IMG/VR virus record: IMGVR_UViG_3300023180_000377
Span: 1 to 24,764 of that record
Strand: one strand, 5' to 3'
DNA: 24,764 nt
From: a virus
Lineage: Duplodnaviria > Caudoviricetes
How positions within the stretch are numbered: the stretch's first letter is position 1; each line of letters opens with the position of its first letter. A program made the position numbers and the translations under genes. Positions 24,722-24,764 of the stretch are shown here, piece by piece. The notes under the pieces are model-generated. The model worked only from the letters and a program-made list of their open reading frames with translations. It had not been told where the DNA came from and searched no databases.

Positions 24722-24764
24722 GCGGGTCCTTCCTAGGGGGTGGGTATGCAGGTGGCCGCGCGTG
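24722..24764 (+). other. Lambda cosQ-like sequence / candidate cos packaging site
   Basis: GGGTCCT (24724-24730) is identical to lambda cosQ and continues TCC...TATGCAGGTGGCCGCG. Intergenic after the last non-structural gene. Confidence 0.5.

Overview
A roughly 59% GC (estimated by eye) tailed-phage genome segment with no visible host genes. Bases 1-12027 (+) are a Mu-like contractile tail and baseplate module: sheath (5' truncated), tube, chaperone, tape measure, gp43/N-like, gp44 hub, gp45 spike, gp46, gp47/J, gp48 and a tail fibre. The chaperone has an unannotated -1 frameshift extension, and three extra genes sit between gp45 and gp46. A gpZ-like gene follows on the - strand. Next is a + strand lysis operon: a putative DxE glycoside-hydrolase endolysin, holin-like genes, an atypical spanin-like pair and a coupled metallophosphoesterase. 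A - strand early block carries a Sak4-like ATPase, a DUF669 SSB-like protein, a Cas4/RecB-like nuclease and small unknowns. The + strand replication block has a Prim-Pol/DUF3987 fusion, a repeat-rich origin-like region with two different repeat systems and two perfect IHF boxes, RuvC and an XRE HTH. The window ends in a lambda cosQ-like sequence. No integrase, transposase, cI/cro pair or methyltransferase is recognisable. GATC is strongly depleted, and no GTCGAC or CTGCAG was found on manual reading. All family assignments come from motif recognition and synteny, not database searches.
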